IMG/VR virus record: IMGVR_UViG_3300024581_003939
Coordinates: 3,513-67,512 of that record
Reading direction: 5' to 3' (one strand)
Length of the DNA: 64,000 bases
Source of the DNA: a virus
A program made the translations under genes and the position numbers. Shown in pieces: positions 18,815 through 29,254 of this stretch. Within the stretch, counting starts at the first letter, position 1. The number at the start of each line of letters is the position of its first letter. Under the pieces are notes generated by a model. It saw only the letters and a program-made list of their open reading frames with translations. It was not told the origin of the DNA and made no database searches.

Positions 18815-19239
18815 AACTTAAAATATTCCCATACTATTTTTTCACACTCGACTGAGTGTCTTTTTAAGTAGCTTAAGCATTCACTTTTCATTTTTGAAAG
18901 TGATATCCATTCGTATCCTTCATGTTCTAGATCACCTGTCACAGGATTCTTAGCTATCTGAATAGAGGAGTCACTATCTACTATTCCTATCCAAATAGCC
19001 AGAGGTCCATAAACAATAGGTTCTTGTCTTATCAATCTAGGGCGCAATCCTGATTCTTCATAACATTCCCTGAATGCTGCTGATAAAGGATCTTCTCCTT
19101 TTTCTATGGAACCCTTAGGAAAGTCATAAGTACCTTTAGCTCTTTTTCTTTCTTTCTTTAGTGCAATTAATCCTAAAGCTTCAGGTGAATTATTATTATT
19201 TCTAATTACATATATACCTGAAGCAGTTACGTTTTCCAT
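18811..19239 (-). CDS. NUDIX hydrolase (Ap4A hydrolase-like)
   Basis: Nudix box GSIEKGEDPLSAAFRECYEESGL. Confidence 0.9.
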   Translation of the reverse strand: MENVTASGIYVIRNNNNSPEALGLIALKKERKRAKGTYDFPKGSIEKGEDPLSAAFRECYEESGLRPRLIRQEPIVYGPLAIWIGIVDSDSSIQIAKNPVTGDLEHEGYEWISLSKMKSECLSYLKRHSVECEKIVWEYFKL

Positions 19240-19298
19240 ATTCCATTCCTTGATTCAATAATTTATATAGCTAAATTTAAATAATTTACAATATATAA

Positions 19299-19847
19299 CT
19301 ATAGGAAATTAGCAATTGCGGGAATAGGATTCCAAAAAACATCTTCAATATTTTGAATATTATTCTTGCATATGTACTCTGCAAGTATAGTTAATAATAA
19401 TTCAAAAAATTCATTAAAGTCTTCAGATATTAAATCTTGCGTAAAGACTGGGTGCATAGAAGTTATATAACTAATATATTTATCATATTCAGTTGCGATA
19501 TTAGAGAACTGATTTCTGTCGCCACTATTGATTATTTTTTGATTTTCTATTTCTTCTTCTTGGGACAGCGGGAAATTCATCTCTACCCAAGACGAAAAAG
19601 AAGAAGCAACTTGATTATAGATTCTGTCGTAATGAGGATTACCAAAAGAGCAGCGACCGGGATTGTTTTTGTTAGGGTTCCAGCCACCTCCGCCGTCTCC
19701 GCCACCACCTCTTCGAGGTGGATCATTAGGCGGGATATGACCTGTCCCTCCACCTCCAGAAAAAACAAAATCGTCTATATTTAAGTCAAAAGTGTCCTTG
19801 AACTCTTTCAGTAATATTTTTTTTAGTTTTCGTCTTGATAATTTCAT
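19299..19847 (-). CDS. hypothetical protein with virion-type leader and Gly/Pro linker
   Basis: MKLSRRKLKKILLKE; GGGGTGHIPPNDPPRRGGGG. Confidence 0.65.
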   Translation of the reverse strand: MKLSRRKLKKILLKEFKDTFDLNIDDFVFSGGGGTGHIPPNDPPRRGGGGDGGGGWNPNKNNPGRCSFGNPHYDRIYNQVASSFSSWVEMNFPLSQEEEIENQKIINSGDRNQFSNIATEYDKYISYITSMHPVFTQDLISEDFNEFFELLLTILAEYICKNNIQNIEDVFWNPIPAIANFL

Positions 19848-19901
19848 TTCTTCTCCGATATTTCCTTTTCAATAACTATTTGATAAGTTTACTAAATTTT
19901 T

Positions 19902-22193
19902 CTAATAGTCTTCTTTTTCTATGCCGAGTTCTTGTAAGATATCTTCGCCCAATGTCCATCTTGGTGGAACTGAAAAATATGCTCTATCTTCTATTTCACT
20001 ATAGACTCTTTTAGCCACCAAATTCTTTTCATCTTCTGGAATTGAGATCGTATATTGATTATCAGGAATTTTTGGGCTTTCTAAGTCTATATATTGTCTT
20101 AGCGGTCTGTAAAGATCAACTAAGTATTGATCATCTGAATACCTTCTATTTAGCAAAAACCCTACGTAACCCATGCACATATTATTTTTAAAGTGGTTTG
20201 CCATTTTTTCTGATATGAAAGGGCTTTGTGAAAGTTTACTAATCAAGGTTTGAAAAACTGAGTTTTTATTGTTTCTCAAATAATTGTTCTTCCATGTGCC
20301 AGCTAACCACTCTAGATCCATTTCTTTAATATAAACGCCTATCATGGCGTCGTTCTTTCCTTTAACTCCCTTAAGAAAACTATTGAATTGTTCCCAGTTC
20401 ATTTGATAAAACTCTGGAAATACTGAAGTAAAAGTCTCTTCTACGTCCTGAACTAGCTTTGGATGAAAGCCTACATGATTAGGATCTCTAGACCCATATC
20501 CGTTAGTTAATTCTTTCTGAACAATTGACAAAGCTATTCCGTCTTTTTGATCTAAGACCGGGATAAGATCTATATTTTCAAAATCAGTTAACGTAAATTG
20601 ATCTGCTCCTTCTTCCATTAAATATCTGAAAGTTTTTAAAACATGCTCAAACCTGGAAGAAACCTCTCTTTCATAAAACTTTTCTTTTAAGTCATCTGAA
20701 GCAGCGCTAAAGTGATCTTTTGGAGAATTTGGAAAGCCGTTATCTAATGATCTTTGTATACCCTCTGGTGATAGAAGTCGACTTTGCAATTCGTGAATTT
20801 TCTGAGTTACTATCGGGTTTAAAGGAATTCTTCTACCATGAGATAATGAAGTTTTTAGGATTCTATTCATTCTAACATCAGTATCGATAACTGTGCCCGG
20901 TCTCATTTGACCGGTCTGGACTAGTCTCTCATCAAGTAACTCATTATATAAATCGAAAAACTTGTAAAATAAATCTTCGCTCATAAGATAACCTTTAAAA
21001 ATTATCACATCAAAGATCAATAAGTCACTAGCAAACATTGAACCACCCATGTTACCGTCAAATATTGCTCTAGTATCTGTTTTTTTTGTTGAAAACTCAT
21101 TGTATATTTTTTCCAATACACTGCGAGTTATAAACTCTACTTTTGGATTGTCGGAATTTGCGCCTCTAATAGTGTCATAAAAAACTCCAGGGTCACTAAA
21201 TAAAATAAATTTCACGACGTCAGGAGACGCACCCTCTAAATTTTTACTTACTTGTTTTATATAGTCACTTTTCGCATCTTTTTCATAATCCTTTATGACG
21301 CTTTTTAGATATAACAAATCTGTTCTTGACCTCTTTAAAGATTCTTTGGCGGGATGATTTGATCCAATTACTTGAGCTTCAGCTGTTAAAGTATTTAGTA
21401 TCTGGTCATAATACTGACCAAACCCACTGTCAGTTCTTAATATTTCTTCTGTCAAACCCTTGTTTGCCGCGTCAACAGATAATCCTCCTTCTATTCCTTC
21501 TAATTGAGGAGAACCGTTAACAAAACCCACACAAATTCGAGAATCATTGTTGTTAAGACAAGCTTCTTGTACAGCTGCATATGCATCATCTGGAGCCCTA
21601 TTATAATCCATTACATAAAAAAGAATTATATCAGAGTCTTCTCTACCTACGTAACTTATGAACATGTTTTGACCAGACCTCTTTGTTGTACACCATGTAG
21701 TTTCAAGTCCGGTGCGATCACATGCGATAGATCCCTGTATAGTCTTAGGCATTAAAATTGTCCATGGGCCTACTGTACCTATAGTGTCTACATGCTCTGG
21801 ATCGTTTATGGGATCTACAGCAGTATTTGATTCTTTTTCTTTTCTACTTTTAATTAGATTGTTTGCTTGATCTACTACGCTCTTGAGGCTTCCTGATGTT
21901 GGGTATGTTTTGACGCTTAAGTTTGTTTCAAATCCGTTGCCTTTGATAATAGACTGAACTTGTGGATCGAAAAAATCTTTTACATAAGATGCCAGATCAG
22001 AAATAGGTTCTGTGCCTCTTGTTTTTTGTATCCATGATAATTGACTAGTGTCTCTGAGACCCTCATTATATGCTGCAAGCAATTCGGGTCGATCTGCTTC
22101 CGGTTGATTATTGATCCAATTTCTTGTTTGTCTATTTTCTAAAAGCAAGTTCTCAAGCAAGATTAATCGCAGTTGTTTTCTTGTAATTTTCAT
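19902..22193 (-). CDS. WCT-motif family protein, paralog A
   Basis: likely start MKITRKQLRLILLENLLLE at 22193; TTWCTTKRSGQNMFISY. Confidence 0.75.
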   Translation of the reverse strand: MKITRKQLRLILLENLLLENRQTRNWINNQPEADRPELLAAYNEGLRDTSQLSWIQKTRGTEPISDLASYVKDFFDPQVQSIIKGNGFETNLSVKTYPTSGSLKSVVDQANNLIKSRKEKESNTAVDPINDPEHVDTIGTVGPWTILMPKTIQGSIACDRTGLETTWCTTKRSGQNMFISYVGREDSDIILFYVMDYNRAPDDAYAAVQEACLNNNDSRICVGFVNGSPQLEGIEGGLSVDAANKGLTEEILRTDSGFGQYYDQILNTLTAEAQVIGSNHPAKESLKRSRTDLLYLKSVIKDYEKDAKSDYIKQVSKNLEGASPDVVKFILFSDPGVFYDTIRGANSDNPKVEFITRSVLEKIYNEFSTKKTDTRAIFDGNMGGSMFASDLLIFDVIIFKGYLMSEDLFYKFFDLYNELLDERLVQTGQMRPGTVIDTDVRMNRILKTSLSHGRRIPLNPIVTQKIHELQSRLLSPEGIQRSLDNGFPNSPKDHFSAASDDLKEKFYEREVSSRFEHVLKTFRYLMEEGADQFTLTDFENIDLIPVLDQKDGIALSIVQKELTNGYGSRDPNHVGFHPKLVQDVEETFTSVFPEFYQMNWEQFNSFLKGVKGKNDAMIGVYIKEMDLEWLAGTWKNNYLRNNKNSVFQTLISKLSQSPFISEKMANHFKNNMCMGYVGFLLNRRYSDDQYLVDLYRPLRQYIDLESPKIPDNQYTISIPEDEKNLVAKRVYSEIEDRAYFSVPPRWTLGEDILQELGIEKEDY

Positions 22194-22194
22194 T

Positions 22195-22812
22195 TTACCA
22201 CCAAGTATATTTTGACTTTCCACCAAACAAGTGCGGGTAGCGTCCAATACGACACGCCCAATATCCTGCCTTGGTTTTATCTTTTTTATCTTCACAGTTG
22301 TGACGTGCAGCAAAAGATTTTCTACGAGCCGGATCTTTAAGGCCGACTGACATTCCTTTCGCGCCAAAAGATACTTTCTTGACATTTCCTGTCTTAGGAT
22401 TTTTTACATATACGTAGAACTTCTTGCTACCGCCTCGCTTTGGTTTATTTAATTCGACTTTTTTACCTTGATAATAAGACCCAGACTTTTTTTTATTTTT
22501 TTTCTTTCTCTTTCTTTTTTCATCTAGATTATCTGAGGCCTCGATAGATTCATCCAGTTCAGCAGGGATAGGGTAATCAAGGGGAACAAACCCGCCATCA
22601 TATTCTCCGTATTCTCCTATGTCCGACGTTAACAAATCATGATCCCAGTCATCGACGTTTATCAAGCCTTTGACGTAGGCTTTTTTTGCTTCTAAAATAA
22701 AAGAAAAGAAAGACTGAGAACCCGGTCTATAGACACTTTCTCTAATAGGTAAATCATTATCAATATGATAATTCATCCCTTCAGATAATAAAAAAGACAT
22801 ATATTTCTCCAC
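22195..22812 (-). CDS. hypothetical phage protein with basic RRKSFAARHNC...YWAC domain
   Basis: leader MEKYMSFLLSE; His/Cys-containing basic C-terminal domain. Confidence 0.65.
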   Translation of the reverse strand: MEKYMSFLLSEGMNYHIDNDLPIRESVYRPGSQSFFSFILEAKKAYVKGLINVDDWDHDLLTSDIGEYGEYDGGFVPLDYPIPAELDESIEASDNLDEKRKRKKKNKKKSGSYYQGKKVELNKPKRGGSKKFYVYVKNPKTGNVKKVSFGAKGMSVGLKDPARRKSFAARHNCEDKKDKTKAGYWACRIGRYPHLFGGKSKYTWW

Positions 22813-22854
22813 ATGCCTTAATTATCATATGTCTAGACTATTTTTAAAATCTTT

Positions 22855-24570
22855 TTAAATGAGCCTATGGTCTAAAGCAAACGTAAATCCATTTTCATAA
22901 CACCACTCAACAAATCCTTTTTTTATGTATCTGTTGCTTTCTATGTAATCTATAATTGAACCTGCTGTAAATGTCTGACCATATACTGGGACTCTTTCAC
23001 TGTCTTCGGGAAACCACATGGCAGGTTCACCACTCATATAGTCGTAGACGTCCTCAACTCTATCGCCGCCTTTTGTGCCGCCGTCGTCAGGACTGTAGAG
23101 TAAAGCAAAACCTGATTCAAATAAAATATTTGCTATATAAACACTTAACATCACTTTAAAGTCTCTACTAAAATTCCCATTCCAATGGCGATATAAATCG
23201 CTTCGCTCTTCGAAAAAATAAACAAGATACTGCTGAAAATCACTATCTTCAAATACTTCTCCGTAGGTCCCAGTGTTACCATCCGAGACAATACTTTCCA
23301 TTTCTTTAGCGAGTTCAGATGCAATTTCTTCTGCTTGCAAATAAATTGTGACAGGAACAGCTTTTTCCAAAACGTTGGATCCTTTGCAGAATCTTAAATC
23401 TGACGAATCTGATGGTAGTCCTGCGAGATCTCTAAAATATATTTCTTTTTCCTCTATGTATTTAGAATTTTGATAAACCATTGCATATCTTTGAAGTACA
23501 ACTTTGTTATTACTGGCAATTGCATCATCTAACTTTTTAATATCTTTTTCAGAAACTAGTGTTTCTTCAGCTATGAATTGATTTAATTGATTAGCGGGGT
23601 TAGTGAATATATCAATAATTAATTTTTTATCTTCTTCTTGTGTATCATCTTTTAAATAAGTCGATTTAAAAACATCAAGCATAGTTGAAGTCAGATCATA
23701 AACAACATCTTTTGACTTTCCACGCATCTCAACATTATAAAGCAGAGGATTCTTCATCATTTCTAGTGCTTTTTTCTTTGCCGGATGATGTCCACCCAAG
23801 CTTTTAGCATTTTCCTCAACAATTCTAATGATGTTGTTGCCTAAATCATTCCCGACAATTGACAAAAATCTAGATTTAGTAAGACCAGCGTTTCTACCGT
23901 CAACAACTATACCACCTCCACCTGCTCCTTCTCTAACCGGAAAATTAACTTTACCTTGCATGGTTCCTAGAGAAAAATGAGTCAAAGATTTATTTTCATC
24001 TTGTGCGTTTTTCTTTTTTAGATAGTAAAGAATTGCATCTCCGCTGAGAACATAATTGTAAAAAAGATTATTTCCTGCGCCTGGAATTGCTGTGCACCAC
24101 GATGTACCTTGCCCAATTGTACAAGAAGCTTCTCTCGTATGAGGTAAATAAAGAGTCCATGTATCATCTTCGTATAAAATGTCAGCCTCACTAACTAGTT
24201 GACTTTCTTCCAAAAATCCTCTTGACAAACTGACAGCGATGTTAATGTCTCCAGGAGATGTGTAGCTTTGCAATGTTGACGGCGCGCCTCGCCTTTTTAG
24301 ACCGGCTTCATTTTGCTTCAAAGACTTAATTGAAGCAACTATATCTTCTATTGGTTCTTCAGAAGCTGCGCCTTCTGGGGTTATAAAATATTTTGCAATC
24401 CACAAAAGCTCGGGTTTCTGCAGCTTGTGAGGTTTTTCTGATGCAATTCTTATTTGTTCTATTTTTTCAGGGTCGGTAAGCCCAACTTCAGACGCAACAT
24501 TGTCATGCAATGCCTCGTTTAATAAGTAGCTTTCAATTATAACCTTGAGCTGTTTTTTAGTTATTTTCAT
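22855..24570 (-). CDS. WCT-motif family protein, paralog B
   Basis: MKITKKQLKVIIESYLLNE; TSWCTAIPGAGNNLFYNY. Confidence 0.75.
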   Translation of the reverse strand: MKITKKQLKVIIESYLLNEALHDNVASEVGLTDPEKIEQIRIASEKPHKLQKPELLWIAKYFITPEGAASEEPIEDIVASIKSLKQNEAGLKRRGAPSTLQSYTSPGDINIAVSLSRGFLEESQLVSEADILYEDDTWTLYLPHTREASCTIGQGTSWCTAIPGAGNNLFYNYVLSGDAILYYLKKKNAQDENKSLTHFSLGTMQGKVNFPVREGAGGGGIVVDGRNAGLTKSRFLSIVGNDLGNNIIRIVEENAKSLGGHHPAKKKALEMMKNPLLYNVEMRGKSKDVVYDLTSTMLDVFKSTYLKDDTQEEDKKLIIDIFTNPANQLNQFIAEETLVSEKDIKKLDDAIASNNKVVLQRYAMVYQNSKYIEEKEIYFRDLAGLPSDSSDLRFCKGSNVLEKAVPVTIYLQAEEIASELAKEMESIVSDGNTGTYGEVFEDSDFQQYLVYFFEERSDLYRHWNGNFSRDFKVMLSVYIANILFESGFALLYSPDDGGTKGGDRVEDVYDYMSGEPAMWFPEDSERVPVYGQTFTAGSIIDYIESNRYIKKGFVEWCYENGFTFALDHRLI

Positions 24571-24935
24571 TTGAGATATCTCCTGCTAAACTTTTTAATT
24601 GACTCGAGTGACTCTAAAATTACTATTTTTATCTCATTGACTTCCATCACGTTCTTCATTTTATGACGTGCAGAATCAGTCCAGTAACCTTTCACCTCAA
24701 TATATGTATCGTATTCGGGTAGATAAAAATCAGGAATGTAGTTTCTTTTTCTTCCGCTTTTTGAAAAATACTTAAGCTTCATATCTTCACTACGGTTCCA
24801 TGCTATTTTAAGATGATCTAGGCGCTCAGCCATCGCGACCTCCCAGGTACTGTCCATGAGAACTTTACTTCCATCTTTTCTTTCGTATAACGACTGCTTA
24901 CTCCACAGTTTTTTCTTTTTCTTTTTCCTAGTCAT
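24567..24935 (-). CDS. PD-(D/E)xK endonuclease (TnsA-N/T7 endonuclease I-like)
   Basis: STWE...YIPDFYLPEYDTYIEVKG. Confidence 0.75.
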   Translation of the reverse strand: MTRKKKKKKLWSKQSLYERKDGSKVLMDSTWEVAMAERLDHLKIAWNRSEDMKLKYFSKSGRKRNYIPDFYLPEYDTYIEVKGYWTDSARHKMKNVMEVNEIKIVILESLESIKKFSRRYLK

Positions 24936-25390
24936 TAAGTCGAATAATACCAGTCACTACCTTCAGTCGTGGGTAAAACTATATTATCTGCATTAACTGT
25001 TATGTAACCTGCATCCAACAAGTCTTGTAACATTAGTTGGACATGATCTTCTGTGACTGGGTCATCAACATTACCGTCAGGGCTATTCGACCAACTATAA
25101 ACTGATGAAACAAAATCTGTAGCCCTAGAGACGACAGTATCGATATGTTCTCCTGGATTAACATCCCATGCAGGGTCAGCATTAGTTTCGATAAAATCAA
25201 ATAAATCTTTCTTACTTTCTTCATAGTGAGTATGACTTCTTAAACCTTCTTCAATTTCTGCTCTTTGCAATTGTAATTGGTGTGTACCTAATGCAATTTG
25301 TATTGCGTCACGATCTAAAGGACTACTAGGCGCAAACTTGAACTTGGCTTCCGCTATTAATTGTCTTAATTGTCTTCTTGTTATTTTCAT
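24935..25390 (-). CDS. hypothetical protein with virion-type leader
   Basis: MKITRRQLRQLIAE. Confidence 0.7.
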   Translation of the reverse strand: MKITRRQLRQLIAEAKFKFAPSSPLDRDAIQIALGTHQLQLQRAEIEEGLRSHTHYEESKKDLFDFIETNADPAWDVNPGEHIDTVVSRATDFVSSVYSWSNSPDGNVDDPVTEDHVQLMLQDLLDAGYITVNADNIVLPTTEGSDWYYST

Positions 25391-25402
25391 TTTCTAATCC
25401 CT

Positions 25403-25777
25403 TCAACTATAATAGATTTGTACAAATAGTATTGATATTGCTAGCATTGCACTGATCATTGTTTTTGCTGTAAACATAGATTCACCCATGAAGTACCATG
25501 TCATAACAGGAAAAACTGTGTAAGAAAAAACTGCAGCAATAAATCTTACACTCCATAATTCTCCGCCTACTGCCTCAAAACAATATTTTGTTCCGTGCCA
25601 AAAAGCCAGTCCTGCAGGTGTTCCAAAAAGAATTGTTGCCATTATAGGTTTATTTTTCCACCACTCCCAAACAAATTGAGAGTTGCCTGCAAACCACCCT
25701 AGTGTGTGACCCAATATTAAAAAACCAATTCCAATCAACATCTCTCTAGAAAAAAACTCTACAAACTTAACTAACAT
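25403..25777 (-). CDS. small multi-TM membrane protein (DMT/SMR-like)
   Basis: about four hydrophobic segments. Confidence 0.6.
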   Translation of the reverse strand: MLVKFVEFFSREMLIGIGFLILGHTLGWFAGNSQFVWEWWKNKPIMATILFGTPAGLAFWHGTKYCFEAVGGELWSVRFIAAVFSYTVFPVMTWYFMGESMFTAKTMISAMLAISILFVQIYYS

Positions 25778-25826
25778 TTTTTTACCTATTTTCGAATATA
25801 ATTATACACTATAAAAGGAGAATGAT

Positions 25827-26450
25827 ATGGCAAAAATTAAAAATATGGGTCAATCAACAGTCAGATTTAATGAAGGTGTAATAATAAGAGGCAAAGCCGA
25901 TAATGAAGATCATTCATTAATTGTGTCTGGAAGTGCTGTGATAAATAGCATAACCGGTTCTTTGCATGGCTCTTCTTTAATGACCCAAGAAGATAGATAC
26001 GGTTTTCCAGTCGTTGGAGGAATATTTGAAATAGATCAAGGCGTTTTTCAAAATCCTAGTACTAGTTACAATCCAATATACTTCCCTTCAGACGACTCCT
26101 TTGTTGAAAAAGTGGCACCTAACTCATCTAATTACTTTATTGCACCTTTTGATGGAGAGCTTATCAAAATTCAAATCAGATCAACAACTGACTTTAGCAC
26201 AAAGTTTTTAACTGCATCTCTTCATTTGGCATCCAATTCTTCAAATGCTTATAATTCTTCTCCAGCATCGTCAGTCGTTATTAACGGCCTTAAATCAAAT
26301 GAAACACATACATTTGATTTTATGAGTGTGTCAGGAAATTCATTTAGCGAAGGCCAGATATTTGGTTTTAGTCTAGGACTATCAGGAGGTTACGCGGGTA
26401 ATGAAACAATACACTTTACGACAACCATAAGATATAATCCGTATAGTTAA
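25827..26450 (+). CDS. putative beta-rich structural (fibre/collar-like) protein
   Basis: LIVSGSAVINSITGSLHGS; Ser/Gly/Thr-rich; preceded by ATAATTA and AAGGAG. Confidence 0.45.
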   Translation: MAKIKNMGQSTVRFNEGVIIRGKADNEDHSLIVSGSAVINSITGSLHGSSLMTQEDRYGFPVVGGIFEIDQGVFQNPSTSYNPIYFPSDDSFVEKVAPNSSNYFIAPFDGELIKIQIRSTTDFSTKFLTASLHLASNSSNAYNSSPASSVVINGLKSNETHTFDFMSVSGNSFSEGQIFGFSLGLSGGYAGNETIHFTTTIRYNPYS

Positions 26451-26971
26451 ATATTGCTACCCATGAAATCATAAAAGGGATGCATTATGTTCCCTCTTTT
26501 CTTTTTGTGTTTGTATCCTAGCGAGTGTCCAAGTTCATGCGCTAGCAAAAGATAATAATTGTGCGTACCTTCTTTAAAGGTAATTGATGCTGACTGAATA
26601 GAAACCAAATCGGTTTTTGTAGCAGTCGTTGCCAGAACATTATTTTCTATCGGTCTAGCATGCAAAGAATATTCATTCCTCAGAATAATAAAACCTTCCA
26701 CAAATTCATTTTTATTTTCGCATACTTCTTCGATATAATCGTACTCATAAAATAAAAACTTCTCTCCGTTCTCTTCCCAAAATTTTGTTGCATGTCTCAA
26801 AACTGATCGATCTAGTTCACCTCTAGTACAATTAACAACTATTGGTGGTGTATTCCAATAAAAAGGCTTTTTAGAAAGAGTAATGTAAGCTTTTTTTACA
26901 AAAAGACCAAGTGCAAATCCTGCAATTAAAGAAAAAAGAATTTGTTTTTTGTTTTTTAGAAGGTGATTCAT
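26447..26971 (-). CDS. matrixin/M10-like zinc metallopeptidase with N-terminal TM
   Basis: HELGHSLGYKH and Met-turn NIMHP. Confidence 0.8.
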   Translation of the reverse strand: MNHLLKNKKQILFSLIAGFALGLFVKKAYITLSKKPFYWNTPPIVVNCTRGELDRSVLRHATKFWEENGEKFLFYEYDYIEEVCENKNEFVEGFIILRNEYSLHARPIENNVLATTATKTDLVSIQSASITFKEGTHNYYLLLAHELGHSLGYKHKKKRGNIMHPFYDFMGSNI

Positions 26972-28563
26972 TGCCCACAACCTAAAACAGAATAGTCTAT
27001 CTGGATTGTTTTACCTGTCTCTGGAACATGACTAACATCAAAAAGAACAGTGTTTCTATAAGAATCGTAAGACCAGTCTGTTTCTGGTACAGAGTGACCA
27101 TTAACGTAAACTGTTATTGAGTCGACGTTAACATTTTCTTTGTCTAGTTCAAATTCTGACTTAAGCGAAACGTCTCTAGCAAGATCTTGCATTTGAAGTC
27201 CCCAGTCTGAAGCACATATTGAGTACCAACTCCCATTATAGCGTTGCGTTAATTCATAATATCCTGCACCAAATTCTATATTTCTGTTATAAAGAGAAAA
27301 TATTGTGCATCCAGCAGGATGATCTCCAATAACTGCAAACTGTCTGTGCTTAGTCACGTCACTCTTGATATTGTCAAAAAAATTTAAATAGCTTGACCAC
27401 CCATTATTACTGTAATCTTTTTCATCAGAAATGTATACAATTACAAGAGTTGCCGCCTCTCTAATAAATGTTGATAAAGGATCATTGGACATATTAAACA
27501 AAAGATGACGAACCATTTCAACTCCTTTTTCTTGACCTGACCCAGTTACTCCAATCCCAGATATTAGTGATTCAGACCAATAAACAGGGTCGTGATAACT
27601 AGAGTCAATCCATGAATATCCGTTTTCTGTTATTAGATAATGTGAGTCTGTTGTAATAAAACCTAAGTGATAATCGATACCTGTCAATAAAAAAATGTTT
27701 AAAAATGTGGACATTTGATTTTGAAGTTCGTTTTGAAATGGATGCATTGACCCAGAATTGTCGACAACGAAAATAATATCTAAAGGATCAGAGCTGTCTT
27801 GTACCCAAGATTCTGAAAACCATTGTTCGTCTTTACCTACGCCTGTCTGGCTTAGTACTTTTTCAGGAGTCAGTGGGTCATTACTGTAAATTGTTAACTC
27901 GCTATTGTCGTCTAATATATCATTAGGTACATAATCAATTAAAAGATCAGTTGATTCACCCGGAATCAATTCCGCAGGAATGATAAAATTAGCACCATAA
28001 GTAACAGTAATTTCTTGAGGTTGGGTGACCATTTGAGCAATATTACTAATTGTTAATGCCATGTTCCCCACGTTTGTGATCGTTATAACTTCTAGCATTT
28101 CACAACCAATACTTACCTCTCCAAAGTCAATTGTATCTACGGATGTCTGGATAACTGGTGCGTCACCTACACCAGCTACTGATATCTGCACTAAATCTTC
28201 ATCACTGTCATTTGTAGTTAATGTTATTTCTGACTCATTAACTTCATGTGTAATAGGTGAATAATAAACGTTGAAGTCGACAACATCACCCGGTTGTACT
28301 GTATATGTTTCTAAGAGATCATCGTCTAAAGAAAATCGACCTTCAGGTAGAACCGGCCTGTCAAATGACAATTCTCTATCTCCTGCGTTAATAACTGCAA
28401 AAGTCTTGAAGCCGGTTTCTGAAGATACATCAACATGACCAAAGTCAATCGCTGATGGGTATACAACAAGTTCCGGCTCTGTCTGAATTGTTTGTTTAAG
28501 TGCGTAGTCTGTACAAGAACACAACAATAGAATTAAGTTTATAAACATAAAAAATCTCCGCAT
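26968..28563 (-). CDS. lipoprotein with tandem Ig-like (ASH/choice-of-anchor D-like) domains and a vWA domain
   Basis: lipobox LLLCS-C; repeated IDFGxV...NxGxxxL; MIDAS DNSGS, ITTD, ISDE. Confidence 0.75.
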   Translation of the reverse strand: MRRFFMFINLILLLCSCTDYALKQTIQTEPELVVYPSAIDFGHVDVSSETGFKTFAVINAGDRELSFDRPVLPEGRFSLDDDLLETYTVQPGDVVDFNVYYSPITHEVNESEITLTTNDSDEDLVQISVAGVGDAPVIQTSVDTIDFGEVSIGCEMLEVITITNVGNMALTISNIAQMVTQPQEITVTYGANFIIPAELIPGESTDLLIDYVPNDILDDNSELTIYSNDPLTPEKVLSQTGVGKDEQWFSESWVQDSSDPLDIIFVVDNSGSMHPFQNELQNQMSTFLNIFLLTGIDYHLGFITTDSHYLITENGYSWIDSSYHDPVYWSESLISGIGVTGSGQEKGVEMVRHLLFNMSNDPLSTFIREAATLVIVYISDEKDYSNNGWSSYLNFFDNIKSDVTKHRQFAVIGDHPAGCTIFSLYNRNIEFGAGYYELTQRYNGSWYSICASDWGLQMQDLARDVSLKSEFELDKENVNVDSITVYVNGHSVPETDWSYDSYRNTVLFDVSHVPETGKTIQIDYSVLGCGQ

Positions 28564-28615
28564 ATAAATTAATTATATTGCAGAGATTCTCCTTATTAGC
28601 AAACTTAAGATAATG

Positions 28616-28807
28616 CTAACTAAACTGTACAAACTTTGAAAGAAAGTCATCTATTTTTTTAATAGTAGCGCCTAGCACCTTGATGTGATCCCATTCTTTC
28701 ATTATCGCATTTTTATCGCTTCTAAACGAAGTATACTTTTCGTATTCCAAGACTAGATCTTTTCTAAGTGACAATAGTTTTGCTAAATCTTCATTAGACA
28801 TGTTCAT
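28616..28807 (-). CDS. hypothetical protein
   Basis: ATG at 28807 after AAGGAG. Confidence 0.55.
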   Translation of the reverse strand: MNMSNEDLAKLLSLRKDLVLEYEKYTSFRSDKNAIMKEWDHIKVLGATIKKIDDFLSKFVQFS

Positions 28808-28907
28808 TGAATTCTCCTTTAAAATAAAAAACCAGAAGCTAATAATTGTATTTAGCAAGACTGATCTGAGTTTATTATAGTACTGTCAATGAATCTGTAT
28901 ATAAAAA

Positions 28908-29243
28908 TTAACTATATAGATCAGCAAAGTCTTCTGGCTTGTACATACTAGAAAGAATATTTGTAAGTTCAACTATTGCGTAACCATTGTTATCAATTGA
29001 TAATTTTTTAAACTTACCCCTAAGATAAACACTAGATCCGGCAGGTACGACAAACACAGAAGTATTTCCAGATCCATCATAAAAAGTTACTGTTGAATCG
29101 GAACTTGGGGCTGATAGTGTGATTCCACTAGCAACTTTAGCTAAATTAATTACGCTACCATCACCTGTTAATGGTAAAATCTGACCAGATACTTGATATT
29201 CACCTACGTGTCCTATTCCTGGTTTGGGCCAACTTTGTGACAT
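28908..29243 (-). CDS. hypothetical, possibly structural, protein
   Basis: PGIGHVGEYQVSG; beta-rich; AAGGAG RBS. Confidence 0.6.
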   Translation of the reverse strand: MSQSWPKPGIGHVGEYQVSGQILPLTGDGSVINLAKVASGITLSAPSSDSTVTFYDGSGNTSVFVVPAGSSVYLRGKFKKLSIDNNGYAIVELTNILSSMYKPEDFADLYS

Positions 29244-29254
29244 GATATTCTCCT

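Noticed and set aside
22194-22385. N-terminal 64 aa of the 827-aa ORF-track call
   Set aside because: It overlaps the 22195..22812 gene in another frame, and the shared leader marks the likely start at 22193.
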